A stretch of 62,823 nt of DNA from Welwitschia mirabilis (Eukaryota). The stretch spans positions 38,093,297 to 38,156,119 of the forward strand of contig JBOZIK010000001.1 in assembly GCA_051453625.1 (NCBI GenBank). The letters are read 5' to 3'. Below are positions 1-12,960 of this stretch, one piece after another (position 1 is the stretch's first letter; each line of letters opens with the position of its first letter). The notes beneath the pieces were generated by a model, which saw nothing but the letters and a program-made list of their open reading frames with translations, was not told where the DNA came from and did not search any database. The position numbers and the translations under genes were made by a program.

Positions 1-90
1 TCTATACTAGCGTGTTGTATTTTGCATCTTATTGATAAATAACAGGATTGAATTTAAACATGAACTATTGCATAAATACACACCGCAACA
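1..90 (+). mobile_element. 3' end of a family-A (Athila-like) LTR, cut by window edge
   Basis: TCTATACTAG...CATAAATACACACCGCAACA matches the LTR end at 16201-16287 (TCTATACTAG...AAATTCACACTGCAACA). No PBS follows, so it is a 3' or solo LTR. Confidence 0.7.
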
Positions 91-149
91 AGTACTATCA
101 TATCATATTTATTTATCATGTAGCTTATGTAAGGTATTGGCATTAGGTA

Positions 150-812
150 GTTAGTGTTTAATGAACTAGAAAATAGTAGTTGAAGACCAAAATAAAAGAA
201 CATTTTCATGGACTTTTCAAACATTTTATTATATAAAATTAGTGCTTTGGATTATCTAATACCTTTATTTTCTTTCAATAATGCATGATGATAATATTCT
301 AAGTCCATATAGGAGATTGTTTAAAGGTTTTAATGGATGAAACTTTTTTCCTTGATAATACCATTAATAAATTCCTTCACAGTTTCAAAAGTTTGTTACT
401 TAGATGTGTTGAAATATGACTTGTTTAAGTTGGGAAAATGTTGATTCATGATCGATCATAACATAATTTTAAAACATATGATTTTAAAAGAGGGCATGAT
501 AACTAACCTTGTAAAAATAGAAAGAGTTAAAAATCCACCAACTCTTAAAATTATAAAACATGTAAGGTCATTATTAGGACATGTTAGATATTATAGAAGA
601 TTAATACAAGAATTTAGTAAATTAGATTAATTTATGTTTGAAATTCTAATGAAATGCTAACTTTTAGTGAAAATAAATAAATATGAAAAATATTTTGAAT
701 ACTTTGAAAAATCTACTCAATTCTAGTTCTATCCTATAATCCCTTCATTTATTTCTATCTTTTACTAATATGTGATGGAAATTATGATGCCTTAGCCATG
801 GTATTTGGACAT
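150..812 (+). pseudogene. Degraded Ty3/gypsy reverse transcriptase, connection and start of RNase H
   Basis: EDQNKRTF at ~182. ORF 448-630 contains VRSLLGHVRYYRRLIQEFSKL (cf. VRSFLGHAGYYRRFIKDFSKI). A CD..Y.AL..V.G-like RNase H start lies at ~771-810. Many stops and frameshifts. Confidence 0.8.
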
Positions 813-813
813 A

Positions 814-977
814 ATAAAAGATATGAAAACATCAGTATAGCTAGGTATGAATGACTTAGAAGGGACTAGTCACACAACATTACTAAATGTCATAATAAGG
901 GTGGCATGGATATCAACCAAAAAAAAGAAAAAGAAAATATCACACTCATACCATATCATATTACTTAATTATATATA
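814..977. repeat. ~165-bp dispersed direct repeat, copy 1 (copy 2 at 3650-3808)
   Basis: ATAAAAGATATGAAAACAT...CATAATAAGG.TGGCAT...AAAATATCACACTCATA...ATTACTTAAT is present at both positions. Confidence 0.75.
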
Positions 978-1799
978 TGTTGGTCTGTATGTAATTCAAT
1001 CGAATATATGTAAATTAACCTATGAAATCAACACACTCAAGTATAGGATAAGTAATTACAATATCATATCCTTGTAAAGCACTCAAGTTAGAAGTCTAAT
1101 TCATTCAAATATAAAATATTTATAGTGATTTTTATCTTAGGAACATGAAAGAGAATAATGTAAAACTATAGTGAAATGAAAATGTATGCATTATAAATTA
1201 AATTAAGTAAATGAACTAAATGCAAACTATTCATAAAGAATTATTGATTTTTTATCATAAAATTAGCCAGCATTATCCATATCTAAATTACATTTAATCT
1301 TAGAGAAGCATCAAAGAAATTCAAACATGAAAAATGAGGAATCTAAGAGATAATTAGAGAGATACAATTCTTTATTAAATCACAATTAAGAATTATCACA
1401 TCCAATTATAAATAATAGCACTTTAATGTTAATGTCTTAGACTAATACCAAGGAAGTGCCTTTTACAAGCATGATGAACCTATAGATCATAGTACTCAAA
1501 AATATCACAAGCTATATGAAGCTAAAAGGCTGTGGAACAAATACTAATGAGGATATTATAAACTAGAAATAGTGGTTAAGATTTGTAGAATTTAAAATTA
1601 AATGGATGTAATTTTTTGAAAAAACATAAGATTAGTTATGAGAAGTTTTAATAGTTAATATCCTCTAATTGTTGTCCACATGATTAAGTGGCTAATATAA
1701 CTAGAATTAGTAACTATCTATAATTGGTTGTAATATGCTAAAAATCTAAAGATCTGCTATCTCCTTCTTCATCTAGCTGATCACACAAATAAAGGCCCT

Positions 1800-2330
1800 T
1801 GAAACACCCTACTATGTGATGTTAACATCCTTATTAGTATTCTCATATTGTATGTTAACATTTGTCATTTAATAGTTGCATTTGGATGACTAAGTAAGTA
1901 ATGCTCTAAGTGAGGCTTTTTCTGATTGAGTTTAAGGTGATCTTAATCTTTATCCTTCCTTGACCTATTCTTTCCTAATTACTCATGTAGACCTATAAAG
2001 GGTTCTTAAAAAAATCCCTCAAATGAAAGTCAAATTACCACAATTTGCCTAGATAACATAGTTTCTTACTAAGTTTTTATTAGTATCTAATAAAGGAAGT
2101 AGACAACAATGAAAGCTAGTGAAATTATACAAGAAGAAAAGATAGTGTACTTAAAGAACTATATTAAAAGTTAGTTTTGAATACATGAAGAAAAGATAAT
2201 ACATTATTTAATACAAAACTAATCCTTATCTTAAAATACATCATGAATAAATCTAGAAAATCATGATTAATCTCCTTATCTATGAACTAGGAGATGGAAG
2301 ACTTTATCTCTTATTCATGTCATCTCCCTC
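1800..2330 (-). pseudogene. Possible highly decayed retrotransposon gag remnant
   Basis: The minus strand gives KVFHLL...SW (gag-like) near 2310-2262 and a broken CNY...HTI.E zinc-knuckle-like string near 1880-1840. Weak. Confidence 0.25.
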
Positions 2331-3649
2331 AAAATTAGTTAAGTAAGGTTCCTTTACAGCAAGCTCTACATGATCCTACTTAGTTGAGAAGTAGAATGAG
2401 ATGTACCCTCTTAGGAACAATATGATGTAAGTGAAGTGAGTATGTATCACCTTAGAAATTCACGCAGGTACTTGCTACTCAATATCAAGGATCCATTGCT
2501 CCACTATCATGTTTTTCTCATTAATCTATTAAATGCAAGTCCCCATCCTATCCAAGTGCTCTATCATTTTCTTATTCCATCGTTGTGACTAGAGTAGCCA
2601 TCTACTCTAATGAATCCTTAAAGCACCTATCATTCCATCATAGATGAACAATGAATGGCTAGTAATGATGGCTTATCTAGAACTACCACCCCTAAATTTG
2701 TAGCATAGTAATAGCTAGTAATAAAATGAGTCTATGGTTAGACATCCTCAAGCTCTAGGACCTAAAAATGTTAAAAGATAGTGTAAAAAAGGAAATAATA
2801 TCCAAATGGCTTAGGAGAATATGCATCAATAATTATTTAAAGTTAGTGAAGAATGTACCTAGGAATGTTAAATTTCTTTCTATGATGAATACAAGCTAAA
2901 ATGTGAAAATGCAATATTATACCATATGAATCATAAAATAAAGGGCTAATGTTGTGGATGATAGTCTTGTGTAGAATCTAATACTCAAGTGGTATATAAG
3001 AAACTAAAACACCCTTTGAGTCTAATTCTACCTCATCTAAAATTTCAATAATTTACACAAATGTCCTTCTTTCTCTCTTTTCAATAGATAAGACAATATG
3101 GGTTTCAACTGTTTCTTGAATACCAAGGATGTAGAAAATGATGCATGTAGTAACATAGATCATATTACCCTATATTATGGTCCATAATAACCTCTTGACA
3201 CTGATCACCTACTCCCTAATCTCTTAAGTCATTATGAAATAAATCTCATGGATTTCTTAAACATAGTAGAAACTAGAAGCATCGCATAGACATTTGATCC
3301 ATAGAGTAGTGATAGCCTCATCTATGAACAAATATGTTAAGGTTACACTTCACCAAAACGTAACTATCATGAATGGCCTCATATTATGTATTTATAAAGA
3401 GTGCTCTAGCTACATAGGGCTCTTTTGTGATATCTCTTACATGACTAATATGATTATTATTACATGTGAGAGGGATCTTCATGCTAACAAGAAGCCTATG
3501 TAGTAGTTGTATGCCTATTAGAAGTACTATAAATACCATATGAAAAAATATATTACAAAGGTGCATTAAATACACAAAAAAAGCATAAAAACATGCTAAA
3601 AATACCTTCTTCTTCACATGTGTTGCCTTAAGTGTAGTACTTATATAGA

Positions 3650-3808
3650 ATAAAAGATATGAAAACATTAGCATAGCTTGGTACAGATGACCTTAAAGAG
3701 ACTAATCAAACAACACTATTAAATATCATAATAAGGATGGCATCGCTATTAATTTTAAAAAATAAAATATCACACTCATATCCAAGCACATTACTTAATA
3801 ATATATAC
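3650..3808. repeat. ~160-bp dispersed direct repeat, copy 2
   Basis: Aligns by eye with 814-977. Confidence 0.75.
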
Positions 3809-4917
3809 CTTTCCATCTTAAAGGTTATGATCTTACTAAGGGTTTCCAATACCATTAATTAATTATAAACTTATTCTTCACTAAAAACTAATGTTTGCTA
3901 CCATCCTTCTAAAATTACAAGATGTGAAAAAACATGTAGTTGTATAGAACTCATATGGTTATGGGAAATAAAATCATGTAATGATGTAGGTTTTTAGTTT
4001 ACATTTTTCACAAAGTCTTGAAGAGAATGTAATGCATCACTTCCATAGCACTTGAATTATTATTAACAATGTTACTTAGGCACATACTATACAAATCAAC
4101 TTTATTGTTTTGTTTTGTATTAAAAACATTCCCAGAGACATGTTATTTCTATAGCTTATGTGTTAATACATGTAGTAATGTATGATCATTATGAACATAA
4201 GATTCTCTCACAAATGATATAATGTATGTTCTTAACATTACTACATGTAGTAACACAAATTTCCCTGTGTTCACTATATAATGCTATGGAATACCTTTCT
4301 CAAATGTAATGTAATTCTTATTCTTTAATGAAATAGAAGGAGATATTTAGTATTTACTTTGAATTGCAATTAACATTGTACTTTTAATGCTTAGATGAAA
4401 CCACATATTTGTTAAGTATCTTTATCTTTTGAGTGAGTTTCTTTCATTTACTTCTTGATTTATAATAATCTTTCTTAATACTCTTGAGCATTTTTCTCCT
4501 ACTTTTCATGCTTGCATTAGGCTATGATGGATCAAAGTAACTAAGAGATTTACCACTACTCATGTGGTGAATGAGATTATATCATCACATTCTAAGTCAT
4601 AATGACTTGATAATTTTAAGGGATTATTCAATAATTTGCAATATATTATTAAATTGAAAACTTTGTTGTTAGATTATTTAGGTTAGTTCTTTAAAGTTAG
4701 TTTATTTTCATACTTTTCCCATTAGAAGTTATTACATTACAATATTGATTTTTATTTTGTTTTGAATACCTTATAGGTTAGAGAAGTTTTGTATTTTTCT
4801 TATCTTATTTCTACCTTAATTCATTTCTATGAATGAAACAACAACACTAGGACATTTTATAACATAACTCTTAATTAATTTTATAAAGGTTTTTTTTAAA
4901 TACTTTATAAGTGGTAG

Positions 4918-6098
4918 TGTCAACTGCTACTATGCTAGTAAAGCAATTAATATTCTCATGCTTATTCCCTATAATAAAACTACTCTATCATCTGATTAAC
5001 TTGTATTATAATGTCTTGGATTTAAAACTAAGTTAGAAACTTAGTTATTATTCTTCATCAAGGATAACATTGAGTATTGGCTAGAATTACAATAACATTA
5101 ATCTTAATGCAAGTTATAAAAGAAAAAGAAAAGAAAAAAGGAGATGAAATGATTTTTAGAGTTTGAACTTTGTCTTAGAGAGAAGAAAAGAAAACTAGAT
5201 CTAAAGTATCAGCAACTTGTCCTATAAAATCCTTCACTTCAAAGTTATCCAACTACATTTTTGCAAAATAATAAAAACCATCAAGTACTTTTGATTTAAT
5301 TTTTGGGTCATAATCTCATCCACTATATGATAAATTATGAATCTAACTAACACTTTATTCTTAAATAATAATAAAAAGTAAGGACTTCTAAATTACTTAA
5401 AATCTATGAAATTATAAGACTAAGTGATAAAAAGAAAATTGCACAACTAAATTAAAGTTGATAGCTAAAGAAGTTATCTAAGCATTCTAATTATGATATT
5501 ACTTATGAACCAAGATTAAAGAAAAACAACTTATGTATTATAGAAAGAACAACTTTATAGCAAATAAAAAAGAAAGTACAAATAACTCTTCAAGCAATCC
5601 TCAAAGACTAGTTTACTTCCCCAAAGAGTCACCTAAAAAGCCATCACAATTAATTCTCCAAAGTTCTTTCAATTTCTCAAGGAAAAGATGAATACAATGA
5701 AGTGTTCAAGGCCCTTTTATAGGAAGAGATGGGGATGAGGGATGGTTACATTTTTGGCTCATAGTATTAGGTAGAATCATTTTATTTAGAATTTAGTAGA
5801 TAAGATTAAATCTTATGGCAGTAGATAGATTAGATTCTATCCTCTAGCATTAGGTAGAATCTTTGTCATTTAGCATTTACATTACTACTGCAATTTTATG
5901 CATAATTACTTTCATCTTCCATCATGTATTCTAAAACATGGCTACATAATTGTAATTATTATGGAGAAAATCATAATATGAAATTTTATCTTAAAAATTT
6001 AGAAGACATGTTCTATGATTAAAATAATTAATTAATCTTCATTTACAATAAATTAGCCTAAAAAACTTGATATATATGTTAATTTTTATAGATTAACA
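4918..6098 (-). mobile_element. 3' LTR of family-B Athila-like element
   Basis: The minus strand begins TGTTAA at 6098, right after the purine tract GTTAGGAGGCA (6099-6109), and probably ends TTGACA at 4918. TATA-like CCTATAAAAGGG at ~5712-5723 (minus). The same PPT/LTR junction recurs at 27563. Confidence 0.65.
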
Positions 6099-7499
6099 TG
6101 CCTCCTAACTAGTCTTTTACTAGTGCCTTAGCAAAAAGTTGATAACAAAATTGTTAATCATGGAAACATTATCTATGTCAAAAGCACATTAAGTGTGCAA
6201 ATGATATAAATTAAAACATTTTATGATCAATCTTATGTGATTAAGTTATTTAAGAAAAAACTTTAAAAAAAATTGAGTGAAAATCAAGATGCCACACCAA
6301 AAATTGAGTGAAAATTGGGATGCCATACCCCTTAACTAAAACTTGACTTTTTCCTCAACGTTTATGGTAAAAACATTAAGTTATTTAAGAACATTAGTAT
6401 AGATAAATTATGAAGAGTTCTATTATTTAAAACAATGTAATTTGAGCTAAGAAAAAATGCAAGCTATTTACAACCAAACATGTGCTAAGTGGGAAAAAAT
6501 TGTTTGTAAAAAACGTTAATGCCTTAAGAGTTATTTTTTATGAAAATGATATGAATTAGAATGTAATGAAGTGATGTAAGGTGAATGAGATTGAAAATAT
6601 ATGAATGAAGTAAAAGTAGAAATCAATGAATAAACAAGTAAAATATCTTAAGTTAATAGCCCTTTATTATATTTTTTTAATTTTTAGTGGATTATGATAT
6701 CAACCAAGTTAAGTTTTAATCAAGTAACCTATAAGGATCTAAGGAATTGATACAAATCCTAAGTATGAAAGTTTAGAAACAATGAGTTTACATAAGTCCT
6801 TTAATTCCCACCTTTTAATTCCATTGTTTTTAATTTTTGCCTTTGCATATGTCCTTAGTATTATGCCTTTGAACCACATTGAGCATCCAGTGTTATGACA
6901 TTTTTTGCCAATAAATTTAAGCATGTTGTATTATGGAAAAATTAGTTTTACATTACTAGCAGGTGTTTAGAGCCCTGATGCAATTGAACATGTCGTAATT
7001 AGATTGTTAGAGCTACATTACCAATAGACATCCATAGATATAATGTAGTTAACTAAACCTAACTAAGTAATTAATATTTTTTGGGAAAGAGATATATTAT
7101 TTTCTTCTCTTCATCTTCTGATATTAATTTTTTTATGTACTTTTATGGGTCATTGACTCATTAGCCTAGTTAAAATAAACCTTGTCCCTCACTAAAGACA
7201 TTTTACTTCAAGAGAACATGTAAAGGTAAATCCCATCTTTAAGGTTTATGAAAATTAGAGATCTTAAGAAAATTCATTCTTAACTATCCTACCCTTAAAA
7301 CCCATAAATAAACTTGATCTTAACCATTACTTAGGTAATAGTATAACTGATTATTATTGATTTTTGTTTTAAGGGCTTTTAACTTAGATCAGTAAGTCTC
7401 AAAACCTCATGGGTTGATGGTTTAAGTGAATGGTTTATGAATTCGATGGAGTTATTTGATAATGGATTTAATAAATGACCAGGTTTAAAAGGGTGGCTA

Positions 7500-10400
7500 A
7501 ATGAGTAATAATGTTTTAGATGGTATCCATTAAGTTTAAGGAGTTTACAGTTTTTGGGATTTTCAGTGAGAATAACTCCATGTAATAAAACCTTGCTTTA
7601 TTAAAAAGGGCTCTTTACACTTAGCTATTAGTTTGTCTAAAAAAAGACATAAGCATGATTTATATTACAACAATAGTTTTCCTCCTAAAAAGTTTTTATA
7701 AGAATATGTTGATCATGGAACCTCTTCACCCTATCCTTATTTATTTTAATGTTATAAGAATCATTTAATTTTGTCTAGTTCATTTAGTAATATGACCCTA
7801 TTTTTCTTTGCAACCTCTAAGTCCAAGTCCATATTATTGATTGATTAGTAATCCCTATGTTCAATTTCTATAGGTAAATGGCATGCTTTACTATAGATTA
7901 ATTGATAAGGTAACATCTATAAGGGTGTTTTATAAGTAGTGCACTATGCTTATAAGAAATTATTAAGTTTAAAGAACCATCATATTTCAGTGTTCAGTTT
8001 ATTACTTTTGAATGATTTTCTTAAGTTCCTTATTTATAACCTTAACTTAGGTACTTGTTTGTAGGTGATAAGATTTTACTACTTTATGTGTAACGTCCTA
8101 TTTAGTAATAAGGTTATTAAATATTTTATTATAAAAGTATGTCTCCCCATTGCTAATTAAAACATGTGAACAATTAAAACAAGTTAAGACATTTTTTTCA
8201 AGAATCTAACTAGCATTTTAGCATTATTTGTTCAGCAAGCATATTCTTCAACCCATTTAGTTACATAGTCAACATAGAAAAGGATGTATTTTTTTTCCAT
8301 TGAATGATGTATAAGGGCCTTGAAAATTAATTTTTCATATGTTAAATGGTTTAACAACAAGGATAAAATTTAAAGGCATCATTTTTCTATGAGAAAGACT
8401 CCCAAATCTTTGATAGTTATTACAATATTTATAGTATAGATAGGAGTCTCTAAAAATCGATGGCTAATAAAAACTAGATTCAAGGATTTTTTTGGTGATC
8501 TTATTAGCTAAGTAGTATCTCCTAAAAGCCTTGAAATGGCAGTGTTTAAGTATGTTATGAACGTTAATTTAAAGGATACATTTGCAAATGACTTAGTTTA
8601 GAGAATATTTAAAAAGGTATTGAATATTCTAAAAGAAATATTTTGCTTGGCTTAAAAACCTCTTTTGTTGTTTATGTTTCAATGGAAAGGAATAGTTTTA
8701 GAAACTAAGTAATTAGTGATATCTATAAACTATGGAATTTCTCTAATTAAAAAAAAATATTCGTCAAAAAAAGTATTATTAATAGGTAAAGATGTTTATA
8801 GATTATTTGGAGATATGCATAAAAGATAATATATGACAACATTATCAAATCCTTTTTTATCCTTAAGCTTTAAATTAAATTCTTAAAGGAGGAGGATCCA
8901 TCTGATAAGACCTAGTTTTGAATCCATTTCTGCAAAAGGGTATCTATAGTTTGAGTGATTAGTGTAAATGACTACATTAGATCCTAAAAGGTATTGTTTA
9001 AATTTTTCAAGGGTAAAGACAATAGCCAACAACTCCTTCTTTATGATAGTATAATTGTTACTTAAGGTTTTACTAGTATAGTAAATCACAGTTGGTTTTT
9101 TAAAAAACAACTCCTATTGTAAAGTCACTAGCATTACAAGTACATTTAAAAGGTAAATTCCAATTGTATTATTAAATAATGGGTGGAAGTTAGTTTATCT
9201 TTGAGTTACTTCAATGTATTTTAAAACTTTGAACTCTAGTCAAAGAAGGCTTTCTTGCTCAAAAGATCATATAAAGACTTAGAGATTTTACTAAAATCCT
9301 TGATGAACCACCTATAATATCCTACATTTCATAAGAATGATTTAATATATTTTTGTTTTTAGAAGGTTGGTAGGTATGTGATTAAGAATATCTTAGCTAG
9401 ATCTATTTGAATTCCTTTCTTATAAATAACATGTCCTAAAACTATGCCTTAATTTACCATAAAACAACATTTTTCCGACTTGAGTACAAGACATTTCTCA
9501 ATGCATCTTTTGAGGACACATTCTAAGTTGTTCAAATAGTGGTTAAATGAGGTTTTGTAAACTAAGAAGTCATCTATGAAGATTTTGACACTTGAATCTA
9601 ATAAGTTAGAGAAGATTTTGAACATGCAACATTGGTACATGGCAGGTGCATTGCATAGGTCAAAGAACATTTGTTTATAAGCAAACATTCCATAGGAAAA
9701 GTAAAGGTGGTTTTGTTTTGATCTTCAAGAGAAATTTCAAATCTAATTATAACTTGAGTATCAATCTAAGAAATAGTAAAAAAGATGCTCTAGAAGTTAT
9801 TCTAGAATTTGATCTAAAAAGATAAGAGGATAATGATCTTTTCTAAACATAGTATTTAATTTTCTATAATTAATATTCATCCTCTGTTTATAGTTAGGTT
9901 TGGTAAGGATAAGCTCATTATGCTTATTAAGAATAAGGGTAATTCCTAATTTTATTACTATGGTATGAGTTGGACTTATCTACTTACTATCTGAAATATG
10001 GTAAATAATCCCACTATTAAAAAGTTTAATTATCTAATTTTTTAATAACTTCCCTTATAATTGGGTTTATCATATGTTGTGCTTCAATGGATGGTTTATC
10101 ATTTTCCTTTAAATAGATATGGTACATGAAAATATTGTGGCCAATGCCTCTAATGTAAAAGATGATCATCCTATTACCTATTCGTTCTTTGCTAAGAGTC
10201 CAAGCAATTAATCTTCTTTAGATGGGATTAAGGAAGAATTTATAACTATTTAAAATATGATGTTATCCCCTAAGAAAGTGTATTTCAGATCATTAAGTAA
10301 GGGTTTAAGTCCTAAGTCAACTTTATTTTAGGCTATGAGCCATATTTCTTGAGAGTGTTCTATTTCTTCATTTTTGGGAGAATGAGAAGTTAATTTTTCA

Positions 10401-10800
10401 TTCTTAGTAAGGCCATCTATCCTCTCTATATACTCTACCCCTTTGTCATTTAAAGAAAGCTTCAAAGCATTAAAGACATTTAGCTCTATGGTTATGTTGC
10501 CAAATGAAATTTTCTATAATCCATTCATGTAATTAATTAAGTCATTTTAGGTTACTAAGAATGGTCTTCCTAATATGATGAACATTATTTACTTTCATGA
10601 TTTTTCCATGTCTAAGACCACAAAATCTACTAGAAACTAACAACTATCTACTTTAACTACGACATCCTTGATGAGTCCTAATGATGTTTTAATAGAGTTA
10701 TCCACTAATTAGAGTTAGATTTTTGTTATTTTTAAGTCCTTCCAAGCCCAAATCCTTATAGGTTTTATAAGGGGGTAAGTTTACATTGGCCCCTAAATTA
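7500..10800 (-). pseudogene. Athila-like pol (protease-RT-RNase H-integrase), degraded
   Basis: Domain order on minus: LGANVNL...DFVVLDM...IILGRPFL (protease), LDFxSxYN/MFFDLCNAPAMYQ/IFIDDF (RT; ORF 9449-9688), IYYTSKTL..NYT..KELLAIVF..EKF/RWILLL (RNase H; ORF 8883-9110), VDYVTKWVE (integrase), LNGYHLKHY C-terminus. Confidence 0.92.
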
Positions 10801-12960
10801 GCAGTGCAACATAACCCTCCACTTAGCCTTTATCAATCCCTCATAAAAACTAGGTGAAAAACCATAATTACAAGCCAATTTATCATATAAAAAAATCAAT
10901 CAAAGAATTTTAAAATAGGCTCATAAAACACATCACATAGAAAAGTAACATGTAATGCATAATGTGTATGAAAAAATTTCAAAAATTTTATCTCATGAAA
11001 GCTTAAAAAGTTTATAAAAAATAAGCGATGAAAATGGATCCTACCCCTCTTAAGAAAAAGAATATGTCTCATATTAGATAATAAAGTAAAGAAAGTAGAT
11101 GGAAATGAGATGGCAGAAGATGGATATCTTGAAATTTGGACATCTTTAAAAATAATTAAAAAGCTAATAAGAAAATATCAGATTTGAAAAATATAAATAG
11201 ATAAAACATTCTAACAAGCCAAAAAAGAGTGGACAAAGAAAAATATTCCATCATGACAAATGATTAAAGAGCATCATGTACAGCTCTAAAATACTAAAAA
11301 TAAAAATCCAAATTTATGTAAGTAAGAAATAACTCTTTATTGAAAACTAAGCCAGAAAAACATTAACATCCTAAAATGGTAAGAAAATACGGTAATGATT
11401 TTAAAATAACTAATCAAATCACAGAAGAAAACAAAAATAATGGATAGTAGGTAACATAAATAAAAGATAGCTCATCTATATGACATTTTAACCTAGTAGA
11501 ATCCTAAAAAAGAAATCATAACATCACTTGATGTTAAAATGCATGACTTAATGTATAAAAGAAAATCGATTTGATAAGGTAGTGATTATGATGATGCTAA
11601 AAATTGAAATGCTTTAAACAATAAATGATGAAACCAAAGAGTTGCTTAAAAATGAAATCGCCTACCAACATTTCAAAATAAACATCTAATATCTTAAGAA
11701 ATGAAATGATCATATTGAAAGACTAAGAGTTTAGGAAATAAGAAATTCCTCTGATGAAAACGAAAATATCATTGATCCCTTAGCCTTTAAGTTTTTATTA
11801 TTTTTTTAATCCATAATGAAGGGAGTGCAGCAACCATCAAAAAATTAAGGACCCATGAAGCATGGCCAATTGACCTCCCAGTAAAGTTTTTACAACTATA
11901 GTATTACACTTTTAAAGGATCCTCTCAAAAATATTTTCCCTATTGTACATGTGGTAGGATATCATGGTAATCATGTTTTTAAAATACCTTAAATATAAAA
12001 CATCATGGTCTTATTTCACTCTTCTCAATTTTTTTCAATAATAAAACATGATTAGACACTTCAAAAGATAAAGGTAAAGTTATAAGATAAAAATATAAAA
12101 AAATACCCTTAAATAATCTAAGACCTCTTCATCATTGAGAAAAACATCAAAAATAAAGCATCATCTTTGAAATTGAAGTACATAAATGTGTGCATGTTTT
12201 AAGATTGGGTGAATCTAATCTTACCACTATAAAGTATCCAAATCAAAGACTAGTTATGAAAATAAATACATAAGTCATGTTTAAAAGATGATTAAGTAAT
12301 ATCATAATGACCTCCAAAGAAAAAAGTTAAATGGTTGCTCGTATATTTTTAGCATTTTTCCATTAAATTTCTAAAATTCCTAAGTGATCAAGTTATAAAT
12401 GTCAATAGAGCCATCAGAATGTATTTTCATAAAATAATAGAAAACCAAAACAACTAATAGTCATTCTGCTTATCTTCTAGTAGACAGAGAGGATGATGAA
12501 GATAGAAAGTAAAAATAGAAAGTGGAAGTATAATAGAAACTTAAAAGTAAAAATTGAAAAACAAAGACTATCATCCTAACTATTATGGAAATGATAGAAG
12601 GGATGATACAAAAAAAAACCAAAATAGAAAGCTAAAAATAAAATCAAAATTAAAATTAACAGAGTCAAAAAGAAAGCATCAAAGCTAGAAAATCCTAAAA
12701 ATCTAATCAACACTTCCATTAAAAAGAAAAAAAGAAGGAAGTATTTGTTTAGAAGATTGCAAGATGTTACATGTTTTCAAAACAATAAGGCCCAAACCAA
12801 AAGTTTACCAATTTATAAAACATAAAAGGTATACAATTATTTTTAAGTAAAATCAATTGAGGGAAGAGAGGGATAGTAGGTAAAACTCTATAAGACTACA
12901 TGAAAGCACAAATTTTGGAAGTTAAAGGGGAGATTGATGTTAACTCTGATAAAATATTTT
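10794..12960 (-). mobile_element. Family-A 3' non-coding region with PPT and only ~18 bp of 3' LTR
   Basis: Minus strand GATAAAGGCTAAGTGGAGGGTTA|TGTTGCACTGCTAATTTA matches the PPT/LTR junction at 22071-22100. 12000-12270 aligns (reverse complement) to the post-integrase region 56735-57000. Confidence 0.75.

Noticed and set aside
6268..6330. Short tandem duplications (31 bp x2 here; ~38 bp x2 at 29190-29258)
   Set aside because: Ordinary slippage duplications in TE non-coding DNA.
11725..11772. Hammerhead-like string AGGAA...TTCCT-CTGATGA-AAAC-GAAA
   Set aside because: There is no stem II and stem III is poor. The core is not kept in the homologous positions (~57200-57245 on minus, ~61945-61990).
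12922..12940. AAAGGGGAGATTG resembling a copia PPT on the + strand
   Set aside because: No LTR follows and no copia sequence precedes it. Probably chance.
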